The translations under genes and the position numbers were made by a program. A stretch of DNA of 64,000 nucleotides from Saprospiraceae bacterium (GTDB taxonomy: Bacteria > Bacteroidota > Bacteroidia > Chitinophagales > Saprospiraceae). This document shows positions 1 through 10,128 of the stretch, piece by piece (position 1 is the stretch's first letter; each line of letters opens with the position of its first letter). Location of the stretch: contig JAGQWZ010000367.1 of the NCBI GenBank assembly GCA_020436835.1, positions 3,825 through 67,824 of the forward strand, read 5' to 3'. The notes beneath the pieces were generated by a model. That model saw only the letters and a program-made list of their open reading frames with translations. It did no database searches and was not told the DNA's origin.

Positions 1-1
1 G

Positions 2-109
2 GTTTTTGCCTATGGACCCGGCAGCGAAAAGTTCGCGGGAATCTATGAAAACACAAAAATACATGATAAGATATTAGAGGCACTGAGATTAAACACACCT
101 GCCGAGTGA
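2..109 (+). CDS. 3' end of an upstream gene (partial), possibly the C-terminus of an alkaline phosphatase family protein
   Basis: Frame 2 is open from the window edge and reads VFAYGPGSEKFAGIYENTKIHDKILEALRLNTPAE, then TGA at 107-109. From memory, the FAxGPG..F.G.YENT string resembles the C-terminal end of PhoA-type alkaline phosphatases. The fragment is too short to be sure. Confidence 0.4.
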   Translation, partial: VFAYGPGSEKFAGIYENTKIHDKILEALRLNTPAE

Positions 110-145
110 TTATCTAATCTTGTTATTTGGGTAAACCACCAATAG

Positions 146-1603
146 ATGTATCCAACGCTGTATGAAATAAATACCAGAGTCTGGCTCAACAAATTTGGAA
201 AGGGAACATCCCTGTCTGATGTGCCATCGAGTTATTGGGAGAACTTAAAACAAAGAGGGGTAGACTACGTATGGTTAATGGGCGTTTGGGCTACCACCGC
301 ATCATCAATCGCGAAACATTGCTTTCATCCGGATCTGGTGATGGCATACAATCAAGTAACTACAGATTGGGTCGAATCAGACATCAAGGGATCGCCATAT
401 GCAATAGAAGACTATGTTTTGGCGGACGACCTCGGTGGAAAGGAGGACTTAAGAAGTCTCAAGGAACGTTTGAATCAACTAGGACTGAAATTAATTCTCG
501 ATTTCATCCCCAATCACTTCAATGCTGATTCTGAATTATTGGAATCCAATGCTGATGTTTTCCTCCAGGTTTCAGAGGAGGATTTTAAGGCAGACCCATA
601 TACCTACTTTCGTCATGGCGATAAATTCTTTGCTCACGGAAAGGATCCCTATTTTCCAGCCTGGTCTGATACCGTACAGGTGAACTACAATTCACCTGCT
701 GCCCATAAGTTTATGAAAAACAGGCTTTTGCAGGTGGCTGAATATTGTGACGGAGTGAGGTGTGATATGGCCATGCTGATCTTGCCCGATGTTTTTCAAA
801 ACACCTGGGCTTCGACCACCTCCCCGGGCCAACCGGATTTTTGGACAGAGGCAATAAATGAAGTAAAATCAAAAGACCCTGATTTTATCTTTATTGCCGA
901 AGCATACTGGGATACTGAATGGAGATTACATCTAATGGGGTTCAATTATACTTACGACAAAAAACTATTAGATTTCATCGTAAGGGATCAAATCAATAAC
1001 TTAAAAAGTCATTTGGCCGGATCCCTTGAATACCATAATCAAACGGTAAGGTTTATAGAAAATCACGATGAAGAGAGATCACTCACTTCACTGGGAGAAT
1101 CGAAAGCCAGGGCTGCAGCTATTCTTTACAACACATTACCGGGCATGCGACTACACTATGATGGCCAATGGTCTGGTGAACGCATACGGTATCCGGTTCA
1201 GGTTGGCACTTATTTTCAGCCGGATTTATGTATTTGTGCTATTAAAAATGATCTTGACACGGCGGAAACACCCTGTGCCTGCATGGCTGCATTTTATCAT
1301 CGCCTATTGATGGTATGTAGCAGTGAGGTCTTTAAGTATGGAGACTGGAAACTAATAGATACTTATCCCTATCCAAACGAATGCATTGTTGTTGAATGGA
1401 CGCATGATAATACTTGTGTTTTAGTGACGGTCAATATGGGATTCTCTCCCAATGAGATCACCATACCTCTGCCAGATCCATGGAGAAAAGAAGTAATTCG
1501 CGACCTCTTGAATGAGGAACCAAGCCCGAACTATGTCACCGTGGTTGAAAACAACATAAACCTAAGACTACCGGGATTCAAAGGGTGTATTCTGTCCAAC
1601 TAG
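146..1603 (+). CDS. alpha-amylase family glycoside hydrolase (GH13), cytoplasmic
   Basis: 485-aa ORF with no signal peptide. GH13 conserved regions are visible: DFIPNHF (region I), GVRCDMAM (region II, nucleophile Asp), FIAEAYW (region III, Glu) and FIENHDE (region IV). Confidence 0.85.
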   Translation: MYPTLYEINTRVWLNKFGKGTSLSDVPSSYWENLKQRGVDYVWLMGVWATTASSIAKHCFHPDLVMAYNQVTTDWVESDIKGSPYAIEDYVLADDLGGKEDLRSLKERLNQLGLKLILDFIPNHFNADSELLESNADVFLQVSEEDFKADPYTYFRHGDKFFAHGKDPYFPAWSDTVQVNYNSPAAHKFMKNRLLQVAEYCDGVRCDMAMLILPDVFQNTWASTTSPGQPDFWTEAINEVKSKDPDFIFIAEAYWDTEWRLHLMGFNYTYDKKLLDFIVRDQINNLKSHLAGSLEYHNQTVRFIENHDEERSLTSLGESKARAAAILYNTLPGMRLHYDGQWSGERIRYPVQVGTYFQPDLCICAIKNDLDTAETPCACMAAFYHRLLMVCSSEVFKYGDWKLIDTYPYPNECIVVEWTHDNTCVLVTVNMGFSPNEITIPLPDPWRKEVIRDLLNEEPSPNYVTVVENNINLRLPGFKGCILSN

Positions 1604-1609
1604 TTGGAC
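1594..1609. terminator. perfect 16-nt palindrome between convergent genes; possible weak bidirectional hairpin
   Basis: GTCCAACTAGTTGGAC is its own reverse complement. It spans the amylase stop codon and lies 9 nt from the ALDH stop. The stem is short and no U-tract follows. Confidence 0.2.
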
Positions 1610-1617
1610 GAGAAACA

Positions 1618-3144
1618 TTAGAATTCAAAACTGATACCTTGCGCTAACGGGACTTCACTGCCGTAGTTGATGGTATTTGTCTGGCGTCTCATGTATGCCT
1701 TCCAAGCATCCGAACCACTTTCACGCCCTCCCCCGGTATCTTTCTCTCCACCAAAAGCACCTCCGATCTCTGCCCCACTAGTACCAATATTGACATTGGC
1801 GATACCGCAATCACTCCCTTCCGCCGACAGGAAAAATTCAGAGTCACGAAGATCATTGGTCATGATAGCAGATGAAAGACCTTGTGAAACACCATTGTGG
1901 ATTTCAAGGGCTTCACCCAGGGTATTGTATTTTATCAGATATAGCAGAGGAGCGAAAGTTTCTTCCTGAACAATCTGAAAATCGTTTCTTACTTCGGCTA
2001 TGCTGGGACTAACATAACAACCACTCTCATATCCCTGACCTTCCAGCGCACCACCTTCGATTAGGAAACTTCCCCCCTCCTTTTTCACTTCAGTCATAGC
2101 TTTCAAATACATGTCAACGGCGGCTCTGTCAATTAGTGGACCCATATGATTTTGCTGCTTCAGGGGTGTGCCGATTCTTATTTGTTGGTATGCCAAAAGC
2201 AACCTTCGCTTAACCTCATCATATAACGACTCATGAATGATTAGTCTTCTTGTACTGGTACATCTTTGACCAGCCGTACCGATTGCCCCGAATACGGCGC
2301 CTCTTATCACGAGATCTAAGTCTGCGCTTGGAGTAACGATTATTGCATTATTTCCACCCAGCTCCAACAATGATTTGCCCAAACGGTTGGATACCGCTGA
2401 GCCGACAGCCCGACCCATCGCACAACTACCTGTTGCGGAGATCAATGGAATATTTGAATCACCGGTCATCAATCTTCCGACCTCCTGACCTCCGGAGATG
2501 ATCGAAGAAACAGCCGATGGTGCGTCGTTTGATTCAAGCACGTTGACTAAGATTTGCTGGCAAGCTACCGCACAGAGCGGAGTTTTTTCCGATCCCTTCC
2601 ATATACAAACGTCTCCACAAACCAGGGCGATCATGGCATTCCACGACCAAACGGCTACAGGAAAGTTGAAAGCAGATATAATTCCAACAATACCCAATGG
2701 GTGCCACTGTTCGAACATTCGATGATCAGGTCTTTCTGACTGCATGGTAAGTCCATATAATTGCCGGGAGAGCCCCACTGAGAAGTCGCAGATGTCAATC
2801 ATCTCCTGGACTTCTCCCAAACCCTCTTGAAGACTCTTTCCCATTTCATAGGATACCAACATTCCCAGGTGATCTTTATGCTTTCGCAATTCTTCACCAA
2901 ATTGCCGGATAATCTCACCTCTCCGGGGAGCCGGCCATTTCCTCCAAACCCTGAAGGCTTTTTTGGCTTCGTCGATTACTTTTTTGTATTCTTTTTCAGT
3001 TGTAATCGTGACCTCGGCGATTTTTTCACCATCTACAGGAGAAATACTGGTGAGAAACGGATCTGTTATCAGGCTCATTGATCCTGCCCAGGTTCCACTA
3101 TTTCGACCTTTAAGCTTAAGGGCATCCAAAAAATCTTTACTCAT
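1618..3144 (-). CDS. ALDH7-type aldehyde dehydrogenase (L-2-aminoadipate-6-semialdehyde / piperideine-6-carboxylate dehydrogenase)
   Basis: 508 aa with ELGGNNA (catalytic Glu motif) and GQRCTSTRR (catalytic Cys). The C-terminus GGEKDTGGGRESGSDAWKAYMRRQTNTINYGSEVPLAQGISF closely matches the antiquitin/ALDH7 C-terminus as I remember it. Confidence 0.88.
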   Translation of the reverse strand: MSKDFLDALKLKGRNSGTWAGSMSLITDPFLTSISPVDGEKIAEVTITTEKEYKKVIDEAKKAFRVWRKWPAPRRGEIIRQFGEELRKHKDHLGMLVSYEMGKSLQEGLGEVQEMIDICDFSVGLSRQLYGLTMQSERPDHRMFEQWHPLGIVGIISAFNFPVAVWSWNAMIALVCGDVCIWKGSEKTPLCAVACQQILVNVLESNDAPSAVSSIISGGQEVGRLMTGDSNIPLISATGSCAMGRAVGSAVSNRLGKSLLELGGNNAIIVTPSADLDLVIRGAVFGAIGTAGQRCTSTRRLIIHESLYDEVKRRLLLAYQQIRIGTPLKQQNHMGPLIDRAAVDMYLKAMTEVKKEGGSFLIEGGALEGQGYESGCYVSPSIAEVRNDFQIVQEETFAPLLYLIKYNTLGEALEIHNGVSQGLSSAIMTNDLRDSEFFLSAEGSDCGIANVNIGTSGAEIGGAFGGEKDTGGGRESGSDAWKAYMRRQTNTINYGSEVPLAQGISFEF

Positions 3145-3262
3145 TAGTTAGCGTTTGATATTTATTACAAAGATTTAAAAAGCAATCAAATTTTTTAAAA
3201 CCAGGATCACTTATTGAGTTTGGTAAGGATTTTGGTTTTAAATCTACTGCAAACTAGGTTCG

Positions 3263-4381
3263 ATGTATATCAGGCCATTGATTTTTATCATAGGTACGTT
3301 TATTTCATTTCTTTTGGCCTTAAGTCAAGACAAGATAAATGAGGATGAAGAGATTAACCTTGTCCCGAACCCGGGATTTGAGGTATTCTCAATAATGCCC
3401 CATGGCTGGTTTTACCGGGGTGGTGATTTCACGAGTCTGGTTAAGGATTGGAGTTCAGCCAGCGAAGCTTCCCCCGACGTATATGGCCCAAATATAACGG
3501 TACCGGACACCTGGCAAGAAAAAGGATTTGGACGAAAGAGACCCAGGTCAGGCAACTATATGGCAGGCATTACTGCGTTTGGATGTAAACAGGGAAAGCC
3601 CCATTGTCGTGAATACATACAGGTAAATTTTACTGAACCCCTGGTTGTGGGACAGGCTTATCATGTGGAATTCTGGGCATCTCCCCTCCACACCGGAATA
3701 CATTCAAATAATCTGGGCATCCTGTTTAGTATGCAGAAATTGCAGGAAAAAACAGATCGCGTTGTGATCAGGCACCCCCAGATATATAGTGAGAAGATTG
3801 TACCTGGCAACGAATATATCTGGCATAAGATACAAGGGGACATCACTGCTGATAAGCCATATAAATTCTTAATTATCGGAAATTTTTTCCCGGACGAAGA
3901 AACGCTACGAAGCGAGGGATCAGAAAACAGCCACAATTTTGCATACTATTACATAGACGACGTAAAGGTAAACAGACGACCACCCATCGTGGAGGGGGTA
4001 GAAGATGAGTTCGCTGACTGGTATCCTCTGGAAGAGGATAAAGTAATTCCCCTTGACAATATTCTGTTTGATACGGATAGATCTATTATTCGTACTAAAG
4101 GAAGAAGTGATCTTGACCGGCTTCAGAAGATTTTACTTGAGTATCCAACCATGGAAATTGAGGTTGGGGGGCATACGGATAACCAGGGGAGTTTTGATTA
4201 TAATATGAAGCTTTCAAACCGTCGCGCCAAGGCGGTAGTAAATTATCTGGTCAAGAAAGGAATTGAAGAATATCGGCTTTCCTATATCGGTTATGGCACA
4301 ACCCGGCATATAGCCACTAACGATACGGAAGACGGGAGACAACAAAACAGGCGGGTAGAATTCAGAATTAGAAGGATCTAA
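3263..4381 (+). CDS. OmpA family protein with an N-terminal uncharacterised (CBM-like) domain
   Basis: Signal/anchor [22 protein letters not shown]. The N-terminal domain starts NLVPNPGFE. The C-terminal OmpA-like peptidoglycan-binding domain contains LFDTDRS...[27 protein letters not shown]...NRRVEFRI. Confidence 0.85.
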   Translation: MYIRPLIFIIGTFISFLLALSQDKINEDEEINLVPNPGFEVFSIMPHGWFYRGGDFTSLVKDWSSASEASPDVYGPNITVPDTWQEKGFGRKRPRSGNYMAGITAFGCKQGKPHCREYIQVNFTEPLVVGQAYHVEFWASPLHTGIHSNNLGILFSMQKLQEKTDRVVIRHPQIYSEKIVPGNEYIWHKIQGDITADKPYKFLIIGNFFPDEETLRSEGSENSHNFAYYYIDDVKVNRRPPIVEGVEDEFADWYPLEEDKVIPLDNILFDTDRSIIRTKGRSDLDRLQKILLEYPTMEIEVGGHTDNQGSFDYNMKLSNRRAKAVVNYLVKKGIEEYRLSYIGYGTTRHIATNDTEDGRQQNRRVEFRIRRI

Positions 4382-4406
4382 TTCAACACATTATGTATAT
4401 TGCGAT

Positions 4407-5036
4407 GTGTTACCTAGCAGAAAAGATCCTAATCTCCTGGAGGCCGGATGTGATGAAGCAGGGAGAGGATGTCTGGCCGGACCGGTCTTTGCCGCAGCTG
4501 TTATTTTACCATCAGGATTCAGCCACCCAGACCTCAATGACTCAAAGCTGCTTTCTTTAGAAAATCGTCTGAAACTTAGGGAAGTAATTCTGAATTTAGC
4601 GATTTGCTATGCCGTTTCATTCTGCCGGCCAGCGACAATCGATAAGATTAATATTTTAAACGCTTCTTTCGAAGCTATGCATCATGCAATCCGGAAATTG
4701 CAGGTTATGCCGGAAAAACTCTTGATCGATGGAAACCGGTTTAAGCCATTTGGCCAGTTGCCTTTTGAATGCATTGTAAAAGGGGACGGAAAGTTCGGAT
4801 CCATCGCAGCGGCCTCAATTTTAGCCAAAACTTATCGCGATGAGTATATGGAACGCAAACACCGGGATTTCCCAGAATATGGTTGGTTGACGAATAAAGG
4901 TTACCCCACACGCGAACATCGTAAAGCCCTTGTCGAATTTGGACCTACACCATTGCACCGGAAATCCTTCCAGCTCTTTCAACCACCCGAACAACTTGAA
5001 TTATTCAACGCACCTCAACCTGAACTCATTGGTTAA
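4407..5036 (+). CDS. rnhB: ribonuclease HII
   Basis: GTG start. Contains [14 protein letters not shown] and DSKLL motifs, [10 protein letters not shown] and GYPT..H, all typical of RNase HII. Confidence 0.93.
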   Translation: MLPSRKDPNLLEAGCDEAGRGCLAGPVFAAAVILPSGFSHPDLNDSKLLSLENRLKLREVILNLAICYAVSFCRPATIDKINILNASFEAMHHAIRKLQVMPEKLLIDGNRFKPFGQLPFECIVKGDGKFGSIAAASILAKTYRDEYMERKHRDFPEYGWLTNKGYPTREHRKALVEFGPTPLHRKSFQLFQPPEQLELFNAPQPELIG

Positions 5037-5673
5037 GAAATGGATTATTCCTTCTTTCAAACCCAATTGTCGTGTCGGGCCCATGACCGGAATACACCAC
5101 TACATTATCGGGGAGGGAAAGAAAATGATTTTTGATGCTAGTGATGAGCGTCGCATAATCTCCCCCGGGAAGATCTGTTCTGCCGATGCTCTGTCTAAAA
5201 AGCACATCTCCTCCAATGATATAACCGTCCTCCTCGTTATAAAATGAGAGGCTGGCAGGTGAATGTCCCGGAGTAAAAAAGACCTTCAACTTTGTTTCCC
5301 CAAATGTGAAAATCTCACCATCTTCGAAGTATTGATCGGGTTTAGGCGAGGGTTCAGCTGGAATGCCGTACATCGCCGCAAAAGCAGGATAGGACTCCAA
5401 TACGATCAGTTCACCTTTGTGGATGCACAATGGAGCATCAGGAAATCGTTGTTTCAGAAACGCATTTCCAAAAACATGATCAGCATGACAATGAGTATTG
5501 ATAATTGCGGAAATATCAAGATGATTATCCTTGATATGCGTTAGAATTTCTTGTTTTTCTTCTTCAGAATGACACCCGGGATCGATTATAACCGACCTGT
5601 CAGTTTTTTCGTCTTTGATGATGTAGGTGTTTTCCTGAAATGCATTAAAGGTGAATCCGGTGACAATACTCAT
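5026..5673 (-). CDS. MBL-fold metallo-hydrolase (GloB/YcbL-like)
   Basis: 215 aa with the HCHADH (HxHxDH) motif, TPGHSPAS and GDVLF..S.GRTD. No signal peptide. Confidence 0.85.
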   Translation of the reverse strand: MSIVTGFTFNAFQENTYIIKDEKTDRSVIIDPGCHSEEEKQEILTHIKDNHLDISAIINTHCHADHVFGNAFLKQRFPDAPLCIHKGELIVLESYPAFAAMYGIPAEPSPKPDQYFEDGEIFTFGETKLKVFFTPGHSPASLSFYNEEDGYIIGGDVLFRQSIGRTDLPGGDYATLITSIKNHFLSLPDNVVVYSGHGPDTTIGFERRNNPFLNQ

Positions 5674-5754
5674 TGGTTAAGCGTTATATGTAGCAATTAA
5701 GAACTGAAAGTTGTATTTTGTCTTTTCTGCGTTCAGTCTAAGGTTGACAAGTTT

Positions 5755-8700
5755 ATGAAATATTTTCTAGCACCACTGTTTTTACTTTTGACCCTGGGTA
5801 CTGTCTTTGGACAGGTTGCCGATGTTGAGTTTGGTAAGAACAGAATCCAATATCACGATGATTTTGACCAATGGCTATATTACGAAAGTGAAAACTTCAT
5901 CACCTATTGGTATGGCAAAGCCAGAAATCACGGAGTATCTGCAGTAAAACTTGCAGAACAGGATCATGATGAGATTTTGGACCTCATAGAACACCGGATT
6001 AACGATAAAATTGAAATTATTGTCTATAGTGATGTGACCGACCTGAAGCAGAGCAACATCGGTAGTGATGAGGTTTTTCAAACTATTGCCGGGCAAACAA
6101 AAATTGAAGGAAGTAAAGTATTTGTTCATTTCGATGGAAATCATGATCACCTGCGGAAGCAGATCAGGAAGGGAGTGGCTCAGGTTTTTCTCAATAATAT
6201 GTTCTTTGGCTCAAACCTGCAGGAGGTAGTGCAAAATTCTGTGGCCGGATCTATTCCTACCTGGTTTCAAGCCGGCCTGGCCTCTTATGTTGGTACTTAT
6301 TGGGACACTTATGATGATGCCGAACTGCGCAATATCTTTATTCATGAAAAAAGAACCAACTTTAAGAAGCTGAGTGGAATATATCCGGAGATTGTCGGTC
6401 AGTCATTTTGGTACTATATCGGAGTGACTTATGGTCGTTCAGAAATATCCAATTTATTGTATCTCACGAGGATCAACCGCAGTGTGCAAGACGCATTTCT
6501 ATACGTATTTGGAATACCGTTTGATGACCTGACAGATCAGTGGGAAAAGTATTTCAGTCAAAGGTATGAGAGCGAACAAAATATTTTTAATCTCCCAAAT
6601 CCCGAAAATCAACTTCAGTATAAAAAACGAAAAAAGAAAGTTCCTGTAAGTGCCTTGTCTTTCAGCCCGCAAGGTGATGCTTTGGCCATTGTAGACAATC
6701 AGATCGGCAAGACAAGAATTATTATTAGGGATCTTGAAACCGGACAATCGCAGAAAATCTTCAAATACGGTTTTAAAAATAACGTGCAGGCTACAGACTA
6801 TAACTATCCGCAAGTAGCCTGGCTAAAGGATGGAACCGGATTGTTCATCCTTTACGAAGAAAGAGATAAAATCACACTGGAGTTTCGCGATTTTAGCAAC
6901 GGCACGACCGCCAGGCAATTTCTCCCCGAACGATATGAACGAGTATATTCTTTTGCACCAATCTCTTCGAATGAATTGGTTTTCACCGCATTATCGGAAG
7001 GAATGATTGACCTGTACTACTATACAACAAATAACAGGCAATCAAACCGGATCACAACTGATATTTATGATGATCTGGACATAACCCTTGCTGAGATCGA
7101 TGGTATGGATGGAATCCTGTTCAGTAGTAACCGACCCAACAGCACTAACGAAAGTCAAAGTGTTGATACTACCCTACGCTTTGAGAACTATAATCTTTTT
7201 CATCTTGCTTTTGAAGAAGGAGGGCCGAAGCTATTTCAGATCACCAATCAAGAACAGGCAAACTACCGCCTACCAAAGGTGTATTCTGATGGAATCATGT
7301 TTCTATCTGAAGAGAATGGAATCATCAATCGAAAGTCGATTTCAGTCAGCCGGGATTCTGTTGACAAAGTAGAGTTCCTGCTTAAAGATAGCAGCACCGT
7401 TTTGCGAACTCCCGGGGAAGAGATGGATATTCCTGACTCACTAATTCTGGATGCAAAGAATGTCAAGATTCTTGAGTACCATGGAGAAGAGAGATTTTTG
7501 ACCAATAATCTTTGGAATATTCAGACTTACGATGTAAATCCGGAGACATCACAAGTGGCAGAAGTCTATAAAATCGATGACGAGTATAAAGTTTTCCTTA
7601 GTCAAAATACAAGCACCTCGGTCGATGTGGAATTCAGTCAGCGAAATCAAATTGAAGAAAAGAGAACGAAAAACCGACCAAAGAGCAAAGAGGATGTGCT
7701 ACCAACCTCACCTGCGGAGGAGGTGATACGATCCAGCCAGTCCGCAGAAGAAGGCAGAGAGTACTTTTTTCAGTCCGAATTTCCTGACATGGAAACCGAC
7801 AAGACAGAGAAAATATTGGAGAATGCCATCCAGGATGAAATCGTACTCAACACGAGCATAAGTGCCAGGCCAGAAGAACAAGTGGACAGTCAGCCAATAA
7901 ACCGATTACGCATTGTGCCCTATCGACTAAAGTTCAAATTGCATGACCTAAGCACAAACATGGATAACAACCTTCTGTTCGGAGGCCTTGATAGTTATGC
8001 AGGTTTTAAGATGGGGTTTGAACCACCACCGGTTGGCTTATTGACGAAAGCTGTCTTTAAAGATCTGTTTGAAGATTATGCATTTGAAGGAGGTGTTCGT
8101 CTGCCAACCTCCTTCAATGGTACCGAGTTCTTTTTGGTTTTTGATGACAAGAAGAAAAGACTGGACAAACAATATGCGATCTATCGTAAGGCATTGGCGA
8201 ACACGATCACCGGGGACAACAATACCGATCCTTTCCGTGCCAGAGATATTATCTTGCTAGGTCAGTTTGGAGTGAAATATCCACTGGATATCTATCATAG
8301 CTTGAGAGCGACAGCAACTCTGCGTCAAGATAGGACCGTTTTTCTGGCATCAGACCGGATATCGCTGAATAACCGGGATTTGGAAACACAACGAGTCGGA
8401 TTAAAACTGGAATATGTATTTGACAATGCCATCGATATTGATTATAACATCCGCTCCGGCACAAAATTCAAGATCTATTCCGAGCTGGTAAAAAAATTCT
8501 CATTTTCATTTGATCCAATTTCGTTAAAACTGTCTGAAGGATTTATGACTGTACTTGGCACGGATGCCAGACACTACTTAAACTTTGCTAAACACCTCGT
8601 TTGGGCAACCCGGTTTGCAGCGGCCACGTCATTCGGTTCGGAACAAAATCTATATTACCTCGGAGGAGTTGACAATTGGCTGATTCCCAAGTTTAACAAT

Positions 8701-9147
8701 GAGGTCCAGCCTCCGGAAGGAAATTTTGCCTATCAAACGGTTAGCCCGAATTTGAGAGGCTTTGATTATAATGTCCGGAACGGATCTACCTTTGCGTTGA
8801 TAAACACGGAATTACGAATTCCATTTTTAAAATTTCTTTCTCGCCGGCCCATCAAATTCGCCTTTCTACGCCATATGCAGCTCATTGGTTTTGCCGATTT
8901 AGGTGCTGCCTGGAGCGGACTCTCTCCTTTTGATGATGACAATCCGATTAATATAGAAGAGATTGAAGTTCCTCCGGCCTTATTTGTCAGAGTCAATTAC
9001 CATCGTGATCCGGTAGTATACGGATATGGTGTTGGCTTCCGGACGGTACTGTTTGGCTATTTTATTCGCTTGGACTATGCCTGGGGTGTAGAAACCAGGG
9101 TCGTTCAAAAACCGAAACTTCACTTGGCCCTGGGTTTTGATTTTTAG
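5755..9147 (+). CDS. large outer-membrane protein: degenerate peptidase-MA-like N-domain, PD40/TolB-like repeats and a C-terminal Omp85-type beta-barrel
   Basis: Signal peptide MKYFLAPLFLLLTLGTVFGQ. PD40-like strings such as ILFSSNRPNS and LVFTALSEGMIDLYYY. The C-terminal 400 aa are rich in beta-strands: YYLGGVDNWL, NLRGFDYN, ALINTELRIPF, GFADLGAAW and IRLDYAWG, ending LALGFDF with a terminal Phe as in the BamA/TamA family. Confidence 0.6.
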   Translation: MKYFLAPLFLLLTLGTVFGQVADVEFGKNRIQYHDDFDQWLYYESENFITYWYGKARNHGVSAVKLAEQDHDEILDLIEHRINDKIEIIVYSDVTDLKQSNIGSDEVFQTIAGQTKIEGSKVFVHFDGNHDHLRKQIRKGVAQVFLNNMFFGSNLQEVVQNSVAGSIPTWFQAGLASYVGTYWDTYDDAELRNIFIHEKRTNFKKLSGIYPEIVGQSFWYYIGVTYGRSEISNLLYLTRINRSVQDAFLYVFGIPFDDLTDQWEKYFSQRYESEQNIFNLPNPENQLQYKKRKKKVPVSALSFSPQGDALAIVDNQIGKTRIIIRDLETGQSQKIFKYGFKNNVQATDYNYPQVAWLKDGTGLFILYEERDKITLEFRDFSNGTTARQFLPERYERVYSFAPISSNELVFTALSEGMIDLYYYTTNNRQSNRITTDIYDDLDITLAEIDGMDGILFSSNRPNSTNESQSVDTTLRFENYNLFHLAFEEGGPKLFQITNQEQANYRLPKVYSDGIMFLSEENGIINRKSISVSRDSVDKVEFLLKDSSTVLRTPGEEMDIPDSLILDAKNVKILEYHGEERFLTNNLWNIQTYDVNPETSQVAEVYKIDDEYKVFLSQNTSTSVDVEFSQRNQIEEKRTKNRPKSKEDVLPTSPAEEVIRSSQSAEEGREYFFQSEFPDMETDKTEKILENAIQDEIVLNTSISARPEEQVDSQPINRLRIVPYRLKFKLHDLSTNMDNNLLFGGLDSYAGFKMGFEPPPVGLLTKAVFKDLFEDYAFEGGVRLPTSFNGTEFFLVFDDKKKRLDKQYAIYRKALANTITGDNNTDPFRARDIILLGQFGVKYPLDIYHSLRATATLRQDRTVFLASDRISLNNRDLETQRVGLKLEYVFDNAIDIDYNIRSGTKFKIYSELVKKFSFSFDPISLKLSEGFMTVLGTDARHYLNFAKHLVWATRFAAATSFGSEQNLYYLGGVDNWLIPKFNNEVQPPEGNFAYQTVSPNLRGFDYNVRNGSTFALINTELRIPFLKFLSRRPIKFAFLRHMQLIGFADLGAAWSGLSPFDDDNPINIEEIEVPPALFVRVNYHRDPVVYGYGVGFRTVLFGYFIRLDYAWGVETRVVQKPKLHLALGFDF

Positions 9148-9169
9148 TAATTGAGAAAGGATTGATTCT

Positions 9170-9967
9170 ATGACACTTACCTTGTATCAGGTCGATGCAT
9201 TTACTAACCGGCTCTTTCACGGAAATCCAGCCGCGGTAGTTCCGCTGAAATTTTGGTTGGATGATGATGTAATGCAACGGATCGCTGCCGAGAACAATCT
9301 GGCAGAAACGGCTTTCTTTGTCAGGGACGGTGATGAATTCGATATCCGTTGGTTCACCCCAAGTAAAGAAGTTGAACTATGCGGACATGCAACTTTAGCT
9401 AGTGCACACGTATTATTTTGCCACGAGAAACATCCTTCCAAGCGGTGCACTTTTAAGACCCGACACCGGGGAAAATTAACCGTGGAACGGACTGCCGAAT
9501 ATCTCATTATGGATTTTCCAGTAGACCCCCCTCAGAAGGTGGCGGGAGAAACGGAGTTGAAACTATCACAGACTCTTGACTTGTCCATTAGGGATATTAG
9601 GAGGGGGCTGGATGATTTTTTAGTCGTGGTTGATAATCCAGAAATAATTATTGAATACCAACCGGACTTCAGGAAGATCGCTGAGCTTGATGCTCGCGGT
9701 CTGATAATTTCATCTGCTACCGATACGAAATATGATTTTGTTAGCCGGTGTTTCTTTCCCCGGTTTGGCATTGACGAAGATCCGGTGACTGGTTCCGCTC
9801 ACACCTTGCTGACACCCTACTGGTCAGAACAACTGGGAAAAAAGACGTTGATGGCGAAGCAAGCCTCTCATCGAACCGGTGAAATTACCTGCGAAATGAA
9901 GGATAACCGGGTCCTGCTTGGTGGCAAAGCGATCACGTATTTGATAGGTGAAATTTATGTAGAATAA
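9170..9967 (+). CDS. PhzF family isomerase
   Basis: 265 aa with YQVDAFT..F.GNPAAVV, WFTP..EV.LCGHATLA and DPVTGSAH, typical of PhzF/YddE. Confidence 0.88.
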   Translation: MTLTLYQVDAFTNRLFHGNPAAVVPLKFWLDDDVMQRIAAENNLAETAFFVRDGDEFDIRWFTPSKEVELCGHATLASAHVLFCHEKHPSKRCTFKTRHRGKLTVERTAEYLIMDFPVDPPQKVAGETELKLSQTLDLSIRDIRRGLDDFLVVVDNPEIIIEYQPDFRKIAELDARGLIISSATDTKYDFVSRCFFPRFGIDEDPVTGSAHTLLTPYWSEQLGKKTLMAKQASHRTGEITCEMKDNRVLLGGKAITYLIGEIYVE

Positions 9968-10128
9968 TGGCTTACCAGAGAAAACACAACTATACTAGCC
10001 GTCATGAACGATACCACATCATAAAACGAAATACCAAAGTAGTACTGGTGTTCTTCTTTATAGCCATGGCCATTCTAATGTATAGGAACTGGACTGATAT
10101 TGTAGACTACATACGGATTCATTTCTGA
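9967..10128 (+). CDS. candidate 53-aa single-pass membrane peptide (below the ORF-track cutoff)
   Basis: The ATG overlaps the phzF-like stop (TAATG). It translates as MAYQRKHNYTSRHERYHIIKRNTKVVLVFFFIAMAILMYRNWTDIVDYIRIHF, with a basic N-terminus followed by one hydrophobic helix. No family recognised. Confidence 0.3.
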   Translation: MAYQRKHNYTSRHERYHIIKRNTKVVLVFFFIAMAILMYRNWTDIVDYIRIHF

